Positions 11,501 to 25,830 of a stretch of DNA of 64,000 nucleotides are shown piece after piece. Source of the stretch: Sphyrna mokarran. Its lineage: Eukaryota. How positions within the stretch are numbered: position 1 is the stretch's first letter; the number at the start of each line of letters is the position of its first letter. Location: positions 1,674,001 to 1,738,000 of the forward strand of contig JAGIQG010000043.1 in assembly GCA_024679065.1 (NCBI GenBank), written 5' to 3'. Position numbers and translations under genes: made by a program. The notes under the pieces were generated by a model. It did not search any database, was not told the DNA's origin, and saw nothing but the letters and a program-made list of their open reading frames with translations.

Positions 11501-14500
11501 CAAGCCAGGAATTGAATCCGGATTCCTGGCACTGTGAAGCAACACTGCTAACCATTCTGCTACCCTGCTGGTCCATGTTGAGTGATTGATGCAAATCGGG
11601 AACCAAGTTCTTGCTCAATTTACACCCATTCAAATAAAAATCTGCCTTCCTATTGTTCTTGCTGAAGTGGACAGCCTTACAACTTCCCACATTATATGGC
11701 GCTTGCCATGCAGATGTCCATACTCTCAGCCTGCCCAAATTGCACTGAAGCGTCCATCCATCCTCCTTGCAACTCAAGCTCCAATGAAATTGTATCATTT
11801 GAAAATCTGGAGATAATGCATTTAGTCCCCTCTTACAGATCACTAATATAATGTGAACAGTTTGGGGTTCTAGCACAGATTCTTGGATACCCCACTAGGC
11901 ATTGCCTGACAATCAGGACAATGAAAAATATTTCCAATGCCAAGCATTTTCCAAGCACAACAAACCTCTTCCTGTTTTCAATGGAAGTCATTGCTAAAAA
12001 CAGAGTCAGTTTTGCGGAACGGTCATTAAGCAACAACAGGAGTGTTTTAAAATAAGGACTATTTATTTCATTCCAGTTCCTCGCCCAAGCATAATAGAAA
12101 TAATGCAGTGTTTCAAGTTTTTATCTGTCCAGATCACCAACAACCTGTCCTGGTCCCTCCTTGCCAATACTATAGTTAAAAAAAAACACCAACGCCTCTA
12201 TTTTCTAAGAAGGCAAAAAAAAAGCATGTCTGCTCGACTCCAAACATTTTTTTTACAGATACAATCATTCTTTCTGATTGTATCACAGCTTAACATTTTC
12301 AGCATTGGCCCAGGATCACAAGAAACTACAAAAGGTCGTGAATATAGCTCATTACTTCACGCAATCCAGCTTCCCAGCCATTGAAGTTGCCTCCTGCCTT
12401 GGCAAAGCAGCCAGCATAATTAAGGACTTCATGCACCTGTATTTTCTCTTCCACCTTCTCCCGACGAAAAAACAAAGATACAAAAAGCCTGATGTCAAGT
12501 CCCAACCAACTCATGAATAGCTTCTCTCCTACAGCCAATAGACCTTTTGGCTGTTGGAGGGGATTCTTAGAGATAGGATGTATAGGCACCTGGGCGTCGC
12601 AATCTGATTAGGAATACGCAGCATGGATTTGTTAAGGGGAGGTCTTGCCTTACGAATCTAGTAGAATTTTTTGAGGAGGTGACGAAAACAGTGGATGAAG
12701 GGCGAGCCGTTGATGTCATCTATATGGATTTTAGTAAGGCGTCTGACAAAGTCCCTCACGGGAGGTTAGTCGAGAAGGTCAAGGCTCATGTGATACAAGG
12801 ACATTTAGCTAGATGGATAAGTAACTGGCTTGGTAATAGGAGATAGGGAGTAATAGTGGAAGGGTGTTTTTCTAGCTGGAGGTCGGTCACTAGTGGTGTG
12901 CTGCAGGGCTCGGGACTAGGACCTATTCTGTTTGTAATATATATATATATATATATAATTGATTTGGAAGAGGGAGCAAGTGGAGTGATCAGCAAGTTTT
13001 CAGACGATACAAAGATGGCTGGACATGCGGATAGTGAGGAGCATTGTCGGGCGATGCAGCAGGACATAGATAGGCTGGTAGCCTGGGCAGACAGATGGCA
13101 GATGGAATTCAATCCTGAGACATGTGAGATTCATGATGCATTTCGGGAGAAAGAATGCTTGGGGCAGGTATATTATAAAGGTAGACTTATTAAGAGTATA
13201 GAAACGCAGAGGGACCTGGGGGTGCAGGTGAATAAGTCTCTGAAGGTGGCAGAGCAAGTGGAGAAGTTTGTGAAGAAAACATATAGTATGTTAGCCTATA
13301 TAGGAAGGGGTATAGAGTACAAGAGCTGGCCTTTAATGCTGCAGTTGTATAAAATGTTGGTTAGACCTCATTTGGAGTACTGCGTCTAGTTCTGGTCGCC
13401 CTACTATCGGAAGGACGTGGAGACTCTGGAGAGAGAGCAGAGGAGTTTTACCAGGATGCTGCCTGGTATGGAGGGTCTGAGTTACGCGGAGATTATGCAA
13501 ATTGGGCAAATTGACTGTTTTCCTTTGAAAGACGTAGACTTAGCGGAGATTTAATAGAGGTGTACAAGATTATGAGGGGTATAGAAAGAATAAGCAGGGT
13601 TAAGCTTTTTCCTAGGATGGAATAGCACGAGCGGTCATGGGCTTAGGGTGAGGGGGGTAAGGTATAATTTGGATGCTAGAGGGAGTTTATTCACACAGAG
13701 GGTGGTCAGGGTATAGAACATAGAACACTACAAAGCAAACAGGCCCTTCGGCCCACGAATTGCGCCGATCACATCTATATCCACCAATCCACAGATCTAC
13801 CTATAACCCCCTATCCCATTCGTTCCCATATATTCATCCAGAAGTCTTTTAAAATACCCCAGCGTGTTTGCCTCTATCACCTCCGATGGCAGCCGACTCC
13901 ATTCACGCACCACCTTCTGAGTGAAAAAATTACCTCTAACATTCCCTCTGTACTTCCTTCCCTGCACCTTAAATCTGTGTCCTCTCGTAGTGACCATTTC
14001 AGCCCGGGGAAATAGCCTCTGAGAATCCACTCTATCTATTCCTCTCAACATTTTATAAAGCTCTACCAAGTCGCCTGTCAACCTACGTCTCTCCAGTGAG
14101 AGAGACCCAGCTCCTTCAACCTGCCTCCCAATCCAGGCAGCATCCTTGTAAATCTCCTCTGCACTCTCTCAATAGTCTCTACATCCTTCCTGTAGTGAGG
14201 CGAACAGAACTGCTCACAATACTGCAAGCGGGGTCTGACAAGGGTCTTATAGAGCTGCATCATTACCTCCTGACTCCTAAACTCAATTCCTCGATTAATG
14301 AAAGTCAGTACACCATACGCCTTCTTGACCACTTCCTCCACCTGCGAGGCGAATTTAAGAGTCCTACGGACCCGGACCCCAAGATTCTTCTGCTCTACAA
14401 CACAGCTAAGACTCCTACCCTTGATATTGTACTCCTTCATCTCATTATTTCTGCCAAAATGGACCACTGCACATTTATCCGGGTCGATCTGCCACTTCTC

Positions 14501-17115
14501 TGCCCAGTCTTGCATCCTGTCTATGTCCCGCTGTAACTTTTGACATCCATATGGAATGCGCTTCCATGTAAAGTGGTGGAGGCAGGTACTCTGAAGTTAT
14601 TTAAGAAATACTTAGATGGGCACATGAACAGAATGGGAATGGAGGGGTATAGGAAACTCATTTAAAATAGGGATCATGAGCCTTGGGAGTCCCTGGGAAG
14701 TGTGTAAATAGATGATGATGTTGATGTATTTGTTTTTATCCTACAGGTGCTTTGGTCCACCTTGTGACTAACAAGGGGCATACACGCGATGGCTCGTGAG
14801 AGGGCTGCTCTTGGATTTTTTTTTTCCCGGGAGTATCCTAGTGCTTCACGTCGTTAGTGTACGCTTGACCTGGACCATTTGAAGGGTAACACGACAGCTC
14901 AGTGACTATAGCTGTGCTGTGCAGATAAATGGATTTGGGCCTGTGTTTGTGACAATAAGCGCATTCTCCCAGTGCTTATGTGGGTTTTCTCTGGGTGCTC
15001 CGGTTTCCTGCCACATCCCACAGATGTGTTCTTAGGCTAATTGGGAAAATACATTTTTCCTAAATTGACTCAAATTTGGTTTTTAATCCACGGATCTATA
15101 AAAGTGGACAGGGATCGCGGGTAGGTGTGGGAACATCGGCATGGCGGCGCGGGCTCATGGGCCGAAGGGCCTGTTTCTCGTGCTGTTTTGTTCTTTGTTC
15201 TTTGTTCTTCTTGGTTCTTTGTTCTTCTTTGAATGGCCTACCATGCAGTAAGTTGATCTTTCCCTACGCCCTATCTTTGACTGTAACACTACATTCTGTA
15301 CTGTCTCGTTTCATTCTCTATGAGTAGTATGCGTTGTCTGTTTACAGAGTGACTTGGACAAGTTGCAGAGCTGGGCCGAGAGGTGGCAAATGGAGTTTAA
15401 TGTGGAAAAGTGTGAGGTAATGCACTTTGGCAGGAACAATAAATGTGTAGAGTATAGGGCTAATGGTAGGGCTCTTAATAGTGTTGAGGAACAGAAGGAT
15501 CTTGGTGTATGTGTCAATAGATCCCTGAAAGTAGGCAGTCAAGTGGATAAAGTTGTTAAGAAGGCATATGGAGTCTTAGCTTTTATTGGTAGGGGGATTG
15601 AATTTAGGAGCCGCAGCATCATGTTGCAACTGTACAAAACTCTAGTGCGGCCGCACTTGGAGTATTGTGTGCAGTTCTGGTCCCCACATTATAAGAAAGA
15701 TGTGGAGGCATTGGAGAGGGTACAGAGGAGGTTTACCAGGATGTTGCCTGGTATGGAGGGCAGGTCCTATGAAGAGAGGTTGAAGGATTTGAGGTTGTTT
15801 TCGTTAGAAAGGAGGCGGCTAAGAGGGGATCTTATTGAAGCATATAAGATGATTAGAGGTTTAGATAGGGTGGACAGTGATAGCCTTTTTCCTAGGATGG
15901 AGAAAGCTAGCACGAGGGGACACAGCTTTAAATTAAGGGGTATGAGTTATAGGACGGATATCAGAGGTAGGTTCTTTACTCAAAGAGTGATTAGGGAGTG
16001 GAATGCCCTGCCTGCAGCTGTTGTAGATGCGCCAAGTTTGGTGGCGTTTAAGAGGTTAATTGATAAGTATATGGAAGAGAAGGGAATGGTTTAGTTTGGA
16101 GGGGCGTTACTTTTTATTTTGGTCGGCACAACATCGAAGGCTGAAGGGCCTGTTCTGTGCTGTAATGTTCTATGTTCTATATGTTCTATGTTCTATGTAT
16201 AGAGCATTAGAAAAAATATATTCCACTGTATCCCAATGCATGTGACAATAATAAATCAAATCAAAATACCACAGATATTCCGAGTAATAGATGGATACTT
16301 GCATCCGATATTCCACTTTGGTAAGAGATATTCCGCTGGAGTGGAATTTGGAGTGGGATGTTCCCCTCACATTGAGTGTTGTTGAGTATCGAGTCACACT
16401 CGATATGACTTTATTTTGATTCACAGTAAACCCCTCCATTAGAGACATTGCCTTCATTGAGGTCTATTCTAACAAGACACAAAATTCAATTAAATACAAT
16501 AACTTCTGAAATAAATTCAAGAGAGCTCTTGAATTACATAAAGAGGTTGATTTCCAGTGGAAGGAAGGAATGGATATTTCAAAACATTTGCATTCAGTGG
16601 ATGGTGCCATGGATCTGGTGAGAGTGAGATCAGCAGAGAACACTTTCATAGAGTCCTACAGTGCAGAAAGAGGCCATTCGGCACATCGAGTCTGCACAAC
16701 CGTATTCCCACCCAGCTTCTATCACCATATCCCTACATACTTATCCACTAATCCCTCTAACCTACGCATCCTTGGACACTAAGGGGCAATTTATCATGGC
16801 CGATCAACCGAGCCCGCGCATCTTTGAACTCTGGGGGAAACCAGAGCACTCTGAGCACTTGGAGAAAACACACATAGACACAGGGTGAATATGCAAACTC
16901 CATATCCAAGTGACCGAGCCGGGATTACGAAACTAGGTCTCTGGCGCTGTGAAACAGCAGCGCCAACGGCTGTGCTACCGTGCTCGTGATTTCAAATCAG
17001 AGGGTCGCTTACATAGAGATTTCCACAAATTCACTGGTTATAGTCGCTTACCTGGTATAGCAATAACTGCGAGCGTTGGGTAGAATATTTTCTCAGCCAT
17101 TTGAACTTGTTCCAT
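8583..17115 (-). CDS. GPR139/GPR142-like class A GPCR, 321 aa; complement(join(8583..9484,17052..17115))
   Basis: Exon 1 reads MEQVQMAEKIFYPTLAVIAIP with donor CAG|GTAAGC. Exon 2 follows a CTCTCTGACAG acceptor and reads ANLLGIVILCRGKCGLS..MAMADL..DRFVAI..LWSPF..NTFIY. The 7TM motifs and the intron in TM1 match the expanded chondrichthyan GPR139-like family. Confidence 0.88.
12590..13715 (+). mobile_element. CR1 LINE RT fragment, degraded, with (TA)n expansion near 12937-12957
   Basis: QHGFVKGRSCL, SGVxQGS, KFSDDTK, VRPHLEYC with frameshifts. Confidence 0.85.
13715..14548 (-). mobile_element. CR1 LINE 3' fragment
   Basis: ORFs 14078-14515 and 13797-14081 plus a (TTCTATG)n tail. Confidence 0.85.
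14550..15220 (+). mobile_element. CR1 ORF2 end plus 3'UTR containing the V-SINE-core element
   Basis: WNALP..YLD coding remnant continues directly into the 470-bp element. Confidence 0.7.
15345..16197 (+). mobile_element. Young CR1 LINE 3' fragment
   Basis: Open ORF2 C-terminus 15354-16094 and a (TTCTATG)n tail. Confidence 0.9.
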
Positions 17116-18269
17116 TGTGTTGGGTGAGAAGCATTGTGTTCCTTTGTGCAGCTGGTAGAGTCTCGATTTTAAACGCTGATGCCATGTGTTATTACAACAC
17201 CTAATTGAAACCCCGTGGAATTGCGTAAGTGATGTTGCAATATATTTTTATTTGTCTGAACGAAATGAATGAACAGATTTCAAAGGAGGAAATGGGTGCG
17301 GGCAGAGTGAATGACGACTTCCCAAAGACTGGACTTTGTTGCTCATTCTGATCGACAACAGGAAATTTGCTATCCCTCAGGCACCATCAGCCCCATCGCT
17401 AGATCTCAGGATATTCCAACAATATATGTAACTCGACTGTGAATCTACTGTAACTGAGATCCCTTGTTACTATATTTTTCCCTCAGTGTTCTTCCGCTGC
17501 ACTCTGAGATGTAGCAGTCCCACTTGGTTAGTGGGACTTGGTTGATCATATATTGCAAAATGCAACAAATCGAATCTTTGGAACCATGACAAATCTAAAG
17601 TAAATTATTCTCCCAAAACAAAATTGAATGCACCTCACTCAAAGAAAGCGTTTTTTTTTCGAAAATGTAACCTCATCCATTGCAGAACCTGGAGCAGATA
17701 TAAACAGATTACTTCATAGAACAAAATAGAGCACATTTCACTCTGACAACTGATGCACAGTCTCCAACTCTTATGTCTGTCATGGGATACACAACCTGGA
17801 ACTAAGGTCGAGACTGTCTGATGAGTGATATCGTCAGGTAGACGGCCAGAGAGAGAGACAGACAAATTATACAGAAACAGACAGAGACAGGGAGAGACAG
17901 TATGAGAGGGCAAGAGAAAGACAGAGAGGAACAAAGGCAAAGAGAAGTAATGAAGTGAAAATCCCAGTGTTGGACAGGGGTGGCCAGTCTCACAACACCA
18001 GGTTAAAGTCCAACAGTTAATTTGGAATAACGAGCTTTCGAGAGTTGGTCCTTCATCGGCTGAACTGTTCCTTCATTAGGAACTGTCCTTTGCAATGTTT
18101 TCCCTGATGACTTGAGAAATTTTGGATGCTGGAGTCCATATTGCATATCTGAAATATGCTTGTCACATATTATAGAGCTGTCTTTTCAAGCGAAAAGTGT
18201 TGAATGAGCCTGGGACACTGGGCTGAATTTAGGATTCTTATAGAGTGACAGGTTTGCTTCGAAAATAAA

Positions 18270-20240
18270 CGTCAGGAGTAGGGGTAGGCCATCTAATCTT
18301 CGAGCCTTCCCCGCCATTCAATAAGACCATGGCTGATCTGAAGTGGATCAGTTCCGCTTTTCTGCTTTCTCCCCATAAACTTTAATTCCCTTGTCTATCA
18401 GAAACTTGTCTACCCGTGACTTAGATAAATTCAAAGAGATAGCCTCCACCAATTCAATAGGCAGAGAATTTCAGAGACTCACCATCCTTTGAGTGAAGAA
18501 GCTCCTCCTCAATTCTGATCTAAACTGCCCCCCCACCCACCCCCTTACTTTGAAGCTGTGCCCTCTAGTTCTGCTATCCTTTCTAAGCAGGAAGAATCTC
18601 TCTACCTCTACCCTATCTAGTCCCTTCATTATCTTACATGTCTCTACATCCCCCCTCAGCCTTCTAAACTCTAGGTAGTACAGACCCAGTCTATTCAACC
18701 TCTCTTCATAGGCTAATCCCCTCATCTCTGGTATCAGCCTAGCGAACCGCCTCTGTACTCCCTCCAAGGCCAATATATCATTTTGCATATGCGGTGACCA
18801 AAACTGCACACCGTACTCCAACTGCAGCCTCACCAGTGCCCTGTATAGTTGCAGCAAGACCTCCCTGCTTTTGTATTTCATCCCCCTCGCTATAAAGGCC
18901 ATCATCCCATTTGCCTTCTTGATCACCTTCTGCAACTGCAGACTGGTTTTTTGCGATTTGTGTGCAAGAACCCCCCGGTCCATCTGCACAGTAGCATGCT
19001 GCAGTTTTTTGACCTTTAGATAATGATCCTCCCTACTATTATTTCTACCAAAGTGGACAACGTCACATTTGCTAATGTTATACTCCATCTGCCAGGTGCC
19101 AGCCCACTCACTCAGCCTATCCAGATCTGCCTGCAGACTTCCCGTGCCCTCCACACAACTCGCTTTTCCACTCATCTTCATGTCATCATCAAATTTTGTT
19201 ACCCTACATTCAACTCCCTCCTCCAGATCGTCTATGTAAATGGTAAACAGTTGAGGCCCCAGCACCGATCCCTGTGGCACTCCACTAGTCACCAACTGCC
19301 AAACAAAATAGCATCTATTGTCTCCAACTCTCTGCTTCGGGTTAGACAACCAATCTCCAATCCACACTAACACCTGACCCCCAACTCTGTGCAACCTAAT
19401 CTTTTGCAGCAACCTCTTGTGAGGCACCTTATCAAACGCCTTCTGGAAATCTAATAACACCACATCCACCAGTTCCCCTCTGTCTACCGCACTAGTCACA
19501 TCCTCATAGAAATCCAATAAATCTGTTACAGACCACTTCTCCTTCACGAATCTATGCTGCGTCTGCTTGATCAAACCGTTCTTTTCTACGTTATCTTGTT
19601 ATTTCTTCTTTGATGACGGATTCTAGCATTTTTTTCCGAATATGGACGTTAAGCTAAGCGGCCAATAATTCCCTGCCTTATGTCTGCTACTTTTTTTAAA
19701 CAGTGGCGTAACATTAGCCGTTTTCCAATCTTCCAGCACTTCCCCAGAGTCCAACGAGTTCTGATAAATAATTACTAGGGCATCCGCTATCACCTCCACC
19801 ATTTCTTACAGAAACCTGGAATACATTCCATCCGGGTCCCGGGACTTGTCTACTTTCAGTCCCATTAGTTTATCAAGCACTACCTCTCTAATGACAGCAA
19901 TTGCATTCAGAACCTCATCTCCTACTATCCTTCTGTCTTTAATATCCCACAAGCTATTTGTGCCCTCCTCCGTGAAGACCGACACAAACAACATATTTAA
20001 AGTCTCAGCCATTTCCTCGTTACCCACCGCTAAATCCCCGCTCTCGTCCTCCAAGGGTCCAACAATCGCTCTAGCCAGACTCCTCTTCTTTATATATTTG
20101 TAAAAACTTTTATTTTTTTGATATGTTGAGACTTGTTTAGACTCATACTCTACCCTTCTGTTCTTTACAGCGTTCTTATTCATTGTTTATTGTTTTTAAA
20201 TCTTTCCCAATCGTCTAATTGCCCACTATTTTTAGCCTTC
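18270..20240 (-). mobile_element. CR1 LINE ORF2 fragment (RT), second subfamily
   Basis: ORF 18471-19574 has LDFQKAFDKVPH, SGVPQGSVLGP and KFDDD. Confidence 0.88.
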
Positions 20241-23200
20241 CTGATGGCCTTTGTTCAGTGCTGAAAAAACGCTTTAGAAGTCTGATTGCACATCCCAACT
20301 GAACATGGAAAATTGATTAAGTCATGTCAAAATAATCTCATATCAGTTCATTTGTTACGCATAGAACGTGAAACTGACATTGGGATCACAGGCAATCTTG
20401 AATGAATATTAATCATGAAATGCTTCAAATTATAAACCAGACCATTTATTTTGAAATCAAAATATCAGTTAAGAGATGAAGAGTACTTGACTTGTAAAAC
20501 AGGGACGAAGTGCGTCGTGGTAATATCATTGGACAACTCCAAACTAATCTTTTCAGGATATAGAATCTAGTTCGGAAGACGATGGAATTAGAATTCAATA
20601 AACAATGGAAATACCTGAAAAGCAGTCTAAAAAGCAAGTCTGAGTTATTTAAAAAAATCAAAACTACCATCACTCTTCATAAACAAATATTGTCTACATT
20701 AATCTCACTTAAGGAATGAAACGGTCATTGTGAGCGCAGTTTAACCTTACCTACATATTATTCCAGATCTCGTGGATAGTTATGTCAGCCCATTGTACAA
20801 AAACCTAGAATAGGAACAGATGACAAAGATTCACCCAGCATTCATAGAGGCAGCAAAAACAACAGTAGAAAAAAAAATCCAAGCTCAGAGCGGTCATTAT
20901 TAACATCTGGCACACTCTTCCAAAGTTAGAGCAAATGTATTCCCGGACCCCCTTACCTGATCCCCACTCCTGAGTCGGAAAGTAAAAAACTGATGTCATC
21001 GTGCTTAAGGAATGATATCCGGCAGAGAAGATCCCAGACACTACCATCCATAAGGTGGCGCTATAGTAGCATGCAGTCAGAACGGAACGAGAACTGTATG
21101 TCGAGTTATCCAGTGACTTCCAAAAATCTTCTCTAGACCATAAGATGCCACTTGCCAACACCACATCCATAGGCAAGGAAACGTCTTGCCATTTACCTTA
21201 CCATGTCCGCCTCAGCTCATGAATCAGTGCTCCTCCATTTTGAAATTCACTCGAAGAATGCACAGATTGTGTTAAGGCGCAAAATGACCATTGGTGGGGG
21301 AGTTCAATGACGTAAACTTAAAGTTCCGTAATGTCACTGCTGGCCAGAGGTTAAATGACATAACTTCAACTGGAGTCCTGCTGCTGCTGCTAATGAGGAA
21401 ACAAACAGGAAGGAGAATGGTCCGGCACAGTAGCACAGTAGCTAGCAGTGCTGCTTCACACTCCAGTGACAAGGGTTCTATTCCCAGCTCAGAACATTGT
21501 CGGTGTGGAGTTTGCACATTCTCCAAGTTTCTGTGTGGGTTTCTTCCAGGTACTCCGGTTTCCTCCTACAGTCCAAAGATGTGTGGATTAGGTTGATTGG
21601 TCATGCTAAAAAAAAAATGTTCCTTAATGCCCTGAGATGAATAAGTTAGAGGGATTAGTGGGTAAGATATGTAGGGATATGGAAGTAGGGGCTAGGTGGG
21701 ATTGTGTTTGGTGTAGAATCGACGGGCTGAAGGGAATCTCCATGCAGTGTAGGGTGATGAAATCATCCTCAATAATCTATCTTTCGCAACTGCATCTACA
21801 GGTGAACGTGAAGGTAGGAGAGACAAATGCACCAATGTGTGGAGACAGTGTCCTGTCTTCGTGTTGGGCATATTCCTTGTCGATGTTATTTCACGGTGTT
21901 ACATGCGATAGAAGTAAAGCAGGTCTAGCAACTGAATTCTGGGAATCCATGAGGCTCCATGAACCTTCAGTAGCAGCGGAATTAAACTTAATCAAAAGTC
22001 AGAATCTAATCCCCAGCTCAACTGTTAACACCAAGCAAGGAGGCCAACACTATTCAAATGATATGCCCTGGCGGGCATTCCAGGGAGAGAGCCTTAAAAA
22101 TAAAGCGTAGCATCGTTAAGGTACAAAATGGGACGCCTGGTGGGACAAACAGCGAACCCAGCAGGCGATAGACGGAGCTAAATGATCCCACCATGAGCAG
22201 ATCATTGTCAACTGCTGTTCTGCCCCATTCAGTAGGGAATGATAGAGCTAAATGAGACAGTTAACAGGTAAAGAGGTTCTAAAATTATCTCCATTCTCGT
22301 TGACGGGGGCGTGGTGCGGGAGGGCAGCGCATCAATGCAAAATGCAAGGCACATGTTACAAACTTCAAGCAGAACTTTGCAGGAGATGATGTATACCATC
22401 ATGCTTCAGGAATCGCCAGCATGACAGATCTCTGAGTTCACTCGATTCGATTAAGTCATCTGCTAGAAAAAAAAAAATGTGGATGGTTTCATTCGCAACT
22501 TTTTGTCGTTTTTACATTCTTTGTCAGAACAGAAGCCATATCAATCTGTGATACACCCAGAAACTACACTTCCTATGGTGTGTCTGCGAATGTTGGTTAG
22601 ATTCGAAACGCACATGCCTAATTTCCTTAGCCTCCTGAGAAAATAGAGGCGTTGGTGGGCTTTCTTAGCAATAGCATTGGCGTGTAGGGACCAGGACAGG
22701 TTGTTGATTACCTGGACAGTTAGAAATTTTAAGCCTTCGTCCAAAAGAGTGCCAATGTTACTTGTCAACATTGTGAAATGGATCTGTTGCTCACTTTCCT
22801 TGCGGGAGCTATTCACTCAGCTCGCTGGAATAGGGGTGAGGAAGGGAGGGGATTCGTGAAGGGTTGGGGGACGAACTATAAGTAGTATTTAAAACGAATG
22901 CACATTAAATGAATGATTGTTTTAAACAATGCCTGTGGAACATCAGTCCTCACTCGGTTAGCTGTTTAGATACGTCAAATCGCAATAAGAATAAAGAGTG
23001 AAATCCCGGTCGACGTGGCAGGTATTGCAATGGGTCAATATACATTATTCTAACAGGCACAACACTTGGAAACTATTCATGTGACAAATGCTTTTCCTTA
23101 TTGGATTCCCTCTTTGGAAACATGACCTACTTCTGAAGTAAATTCAGCGAAACGTGTGTAAATTCTCAGTAAGGCCTCTTAGGAATGCATGCCAAAGAAT

Positions 23201-24539
23201 CATTTTATATTGGAACGTATATTGCCACAAGAGGATCGTGCATTCATGAGACATGGGCGTCATTAGCCCATCCCTAGTTACCCAGGGGCAGTTGAGGCTC
23301 AACCACATTGCCGTGGGCCTGGGGTCACATGGGAGCCAGACAAGGCTCGCAAAACTGAACTTCTATACAGTTATCAAACGACAACCTAACCATTTCTGTT
23401 CTGACAGTTTTTTTTCAGCACCAGCCTCAGCAGTTATTGAAGTTAAGAGTTGTAGAGTCGCCCTCTCCATTGTTTGAGGAAATGTGAACAAGTCACAATT
23501 CAATGCACAGATTTCATTATCTAGCAAAACAACCTCCAATCACACCCACCAGGCCTTGTCCTTGACTCAGTCCTCTGTGATACTGTGTCTTGAAGAAATC
23601 TATTATAACCAAATTTCTTTGCAGGATGTCCCTAGCCGTCCCAGGCTTTGTAGTGGAGTTGTTCTGTCTCCAAACAGTATCCTGCATTGTTACTGTAGAA
23701 TTGATAGCGTGTGTAATGCAATGTTCTGTTTCTTCAAACAAATTGCCCTTCTATTTTTCATAGAATCATAGAATAATAGAACCCTATAGTACAGAAAGGT
23801 GCCCTTCGGCCCATCGAGTCTGCACCGAACACAATCCTACCCAGGCCCTACCCCCATATCCCTACATTTAATATGCAGCAGAGTAGCACAACGGTTAGCA
23901 CAGCTCCGCAGACCTGGGTTCAATTCCTGCCTCGGGTCATTCTCTGTGTGGAGTTTACACGTTCTGCTCGTGTCTGCGTGGATTTCATCCGGATGCTTCG
24001 GTTTCCTCCCAAGTCCAAAGATATGCGTGTTAGGTTAATGGGCCATGCTAAAATTGTCCCTTAGTGTCCTGAGATGCTTAGGTTAGAGGGATTAGCGGGT
24101 AAAATGTGTGCAGATATGGGGGTAGGGCCTGGGTGAGATTGTGGTCAGTGCAGACTCGATGGGCCGAAGAGCCTGTTTCTGCACTGTAGGATTCTATGAT
24201 ATTATAGCCACTAACCTACACATTCTGGACACTAAGGGGCAATTTCTTAGCATGGCCAATCAACTTAACCCGCACATCTCTGGACTGTGGGAGGAAACCA
24301 GAATACTCAGAAGAAACCCACGCAGATACGAGGAGAACGTGCAAACTCCACACAGACAGTGACCCGAGCTGGAATCGAACCCAGGGCCCTGGAGCTATAA
24401 AGTGGCAGTAGTAACTATTGTGCTACCGTGCCGCCCATTGTTATGGTCGAAGTGAAAGTTGACATTTAGACCAATGACCGACAGTTTATTATTCTGTATG
24501 CTTAAAAAGATTCTAAAACAGAACATTAGCATGATTACA

Positions 24540-25340
24540 TAGAAACATAGAAACTCGGAACTATTTTGCCTTTCAAACCCGCTCCATCATTCATCTTGAT
24601 TATGAGTAATCATCAAATTCAATATCCTTATCCTACGTAACTCCTATATCCCTGAATTCCTTGAGCCCCAAGGGCTATACCTAATTTCATCTCGAAATCA
24701 CACAATGTTTTGGCCTCAGCCTGTTTCTGTGGTAGTGAATTCCACACATTCACACCTCTCTGAGTGAATAATTTTTTCCTCATGGCAGCCCTAAAAGATT
24801 TAGCCCTTTTCCTCAAAATATGACCAGTAGTTTTGGTATCCCCTACCATTGAGAACGTTCCTTCTGCATCGACCTTATATAATCCTGTAGGTTTTTTTTT
24901 ATTAATTTATAAAATATCCTTTTTCACTCTTCTAAAATCCAGGGAATATAACCCTGAATGATATAACAGCTCCTCATAGTTCATCTCAAGAATCAGCTTA
25001 GAAAACGTTGACTATGCTCCGTCTGTTACAAGGACTTCCTTCCTCAGATAAAGCCAGCAAAACTGCACATGATACTGTAAGATTGGCCTCACGGATGCCA
25101 TGTATAGTATAGATAAAACATCCAATTCCGCTTGCTATTTAATGCCTGCAGTAACTTTGTGCCTACTTTCAGCGACTGACACCCAAATGCATCAAGATCG
25201 CACTGAATTTGTACCTCCCTCAATTTACACCCATTCAAATAATAATCTGCATTCCTATTTTTGTACCAAAGTGGATGATCTCACATTCATTCGCATCATA
25301 CAGCATCTGTCATGCAAATACCCACATTGCCCAAAGCTTC
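24540..25340 (-). mobile_element. Old CR1 3' fragment
   Basis: FTQRGVNVWNSLP remnant with a 3'UTR. Confidence 0.65.
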
Positions 25341-25599
25341 ACTTTAAAGTGAATTATCACTTTTTGACTCCAAAATGCTTAATGGATATATCTTGCAGAT
25401 GGGCGGAAGTTACGCAAATGAATCAAGTTTAACGACCATCTTCGAGACTGAGAGTATCTAAGCGATTGAGGGAGAGAATTCCAGAGCTGAGATCTGTGAC
25501 AGCTGATTATATAGTAGAGAATGTTGGAGTGATGAAAATTGATGGATATGAAAGAGAGCAGAATCGATTCCAATCTAATTTCTAGAGTAGTTAAGGCAC

Positions 25600-25830
25600 A
25601 ACGGATTGCTATCCTCAATTTCGCTCTTGAGCCGTCCACAGGTAATCCACGCTGCTACACCCGTGCAGTACTGAAGGAGCACTGCATTGTCGGTGAGATC
25701 ATGTCGTAAAGACGAGGCATTCAGATTAGGCCCCACCTGCCATTCTGGTAGAAAGTAAAAGTGCAAAATGGCCCTCTATCAAAAGAGAGCAAGGAAAGGA
25801 TTCTGGACGAATACTTATTTACTGTCAAGA
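25600..25830 (+). mobile_element. Deu-domain SINE (SacSINE1/AmnSINE1-like) remnant
   Basis: GTGCAGTACTGAAGGAGCACTGCATTGTCGG resembles the Deu-SINE core as I recall it; not verified. Confidence 0.5.
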
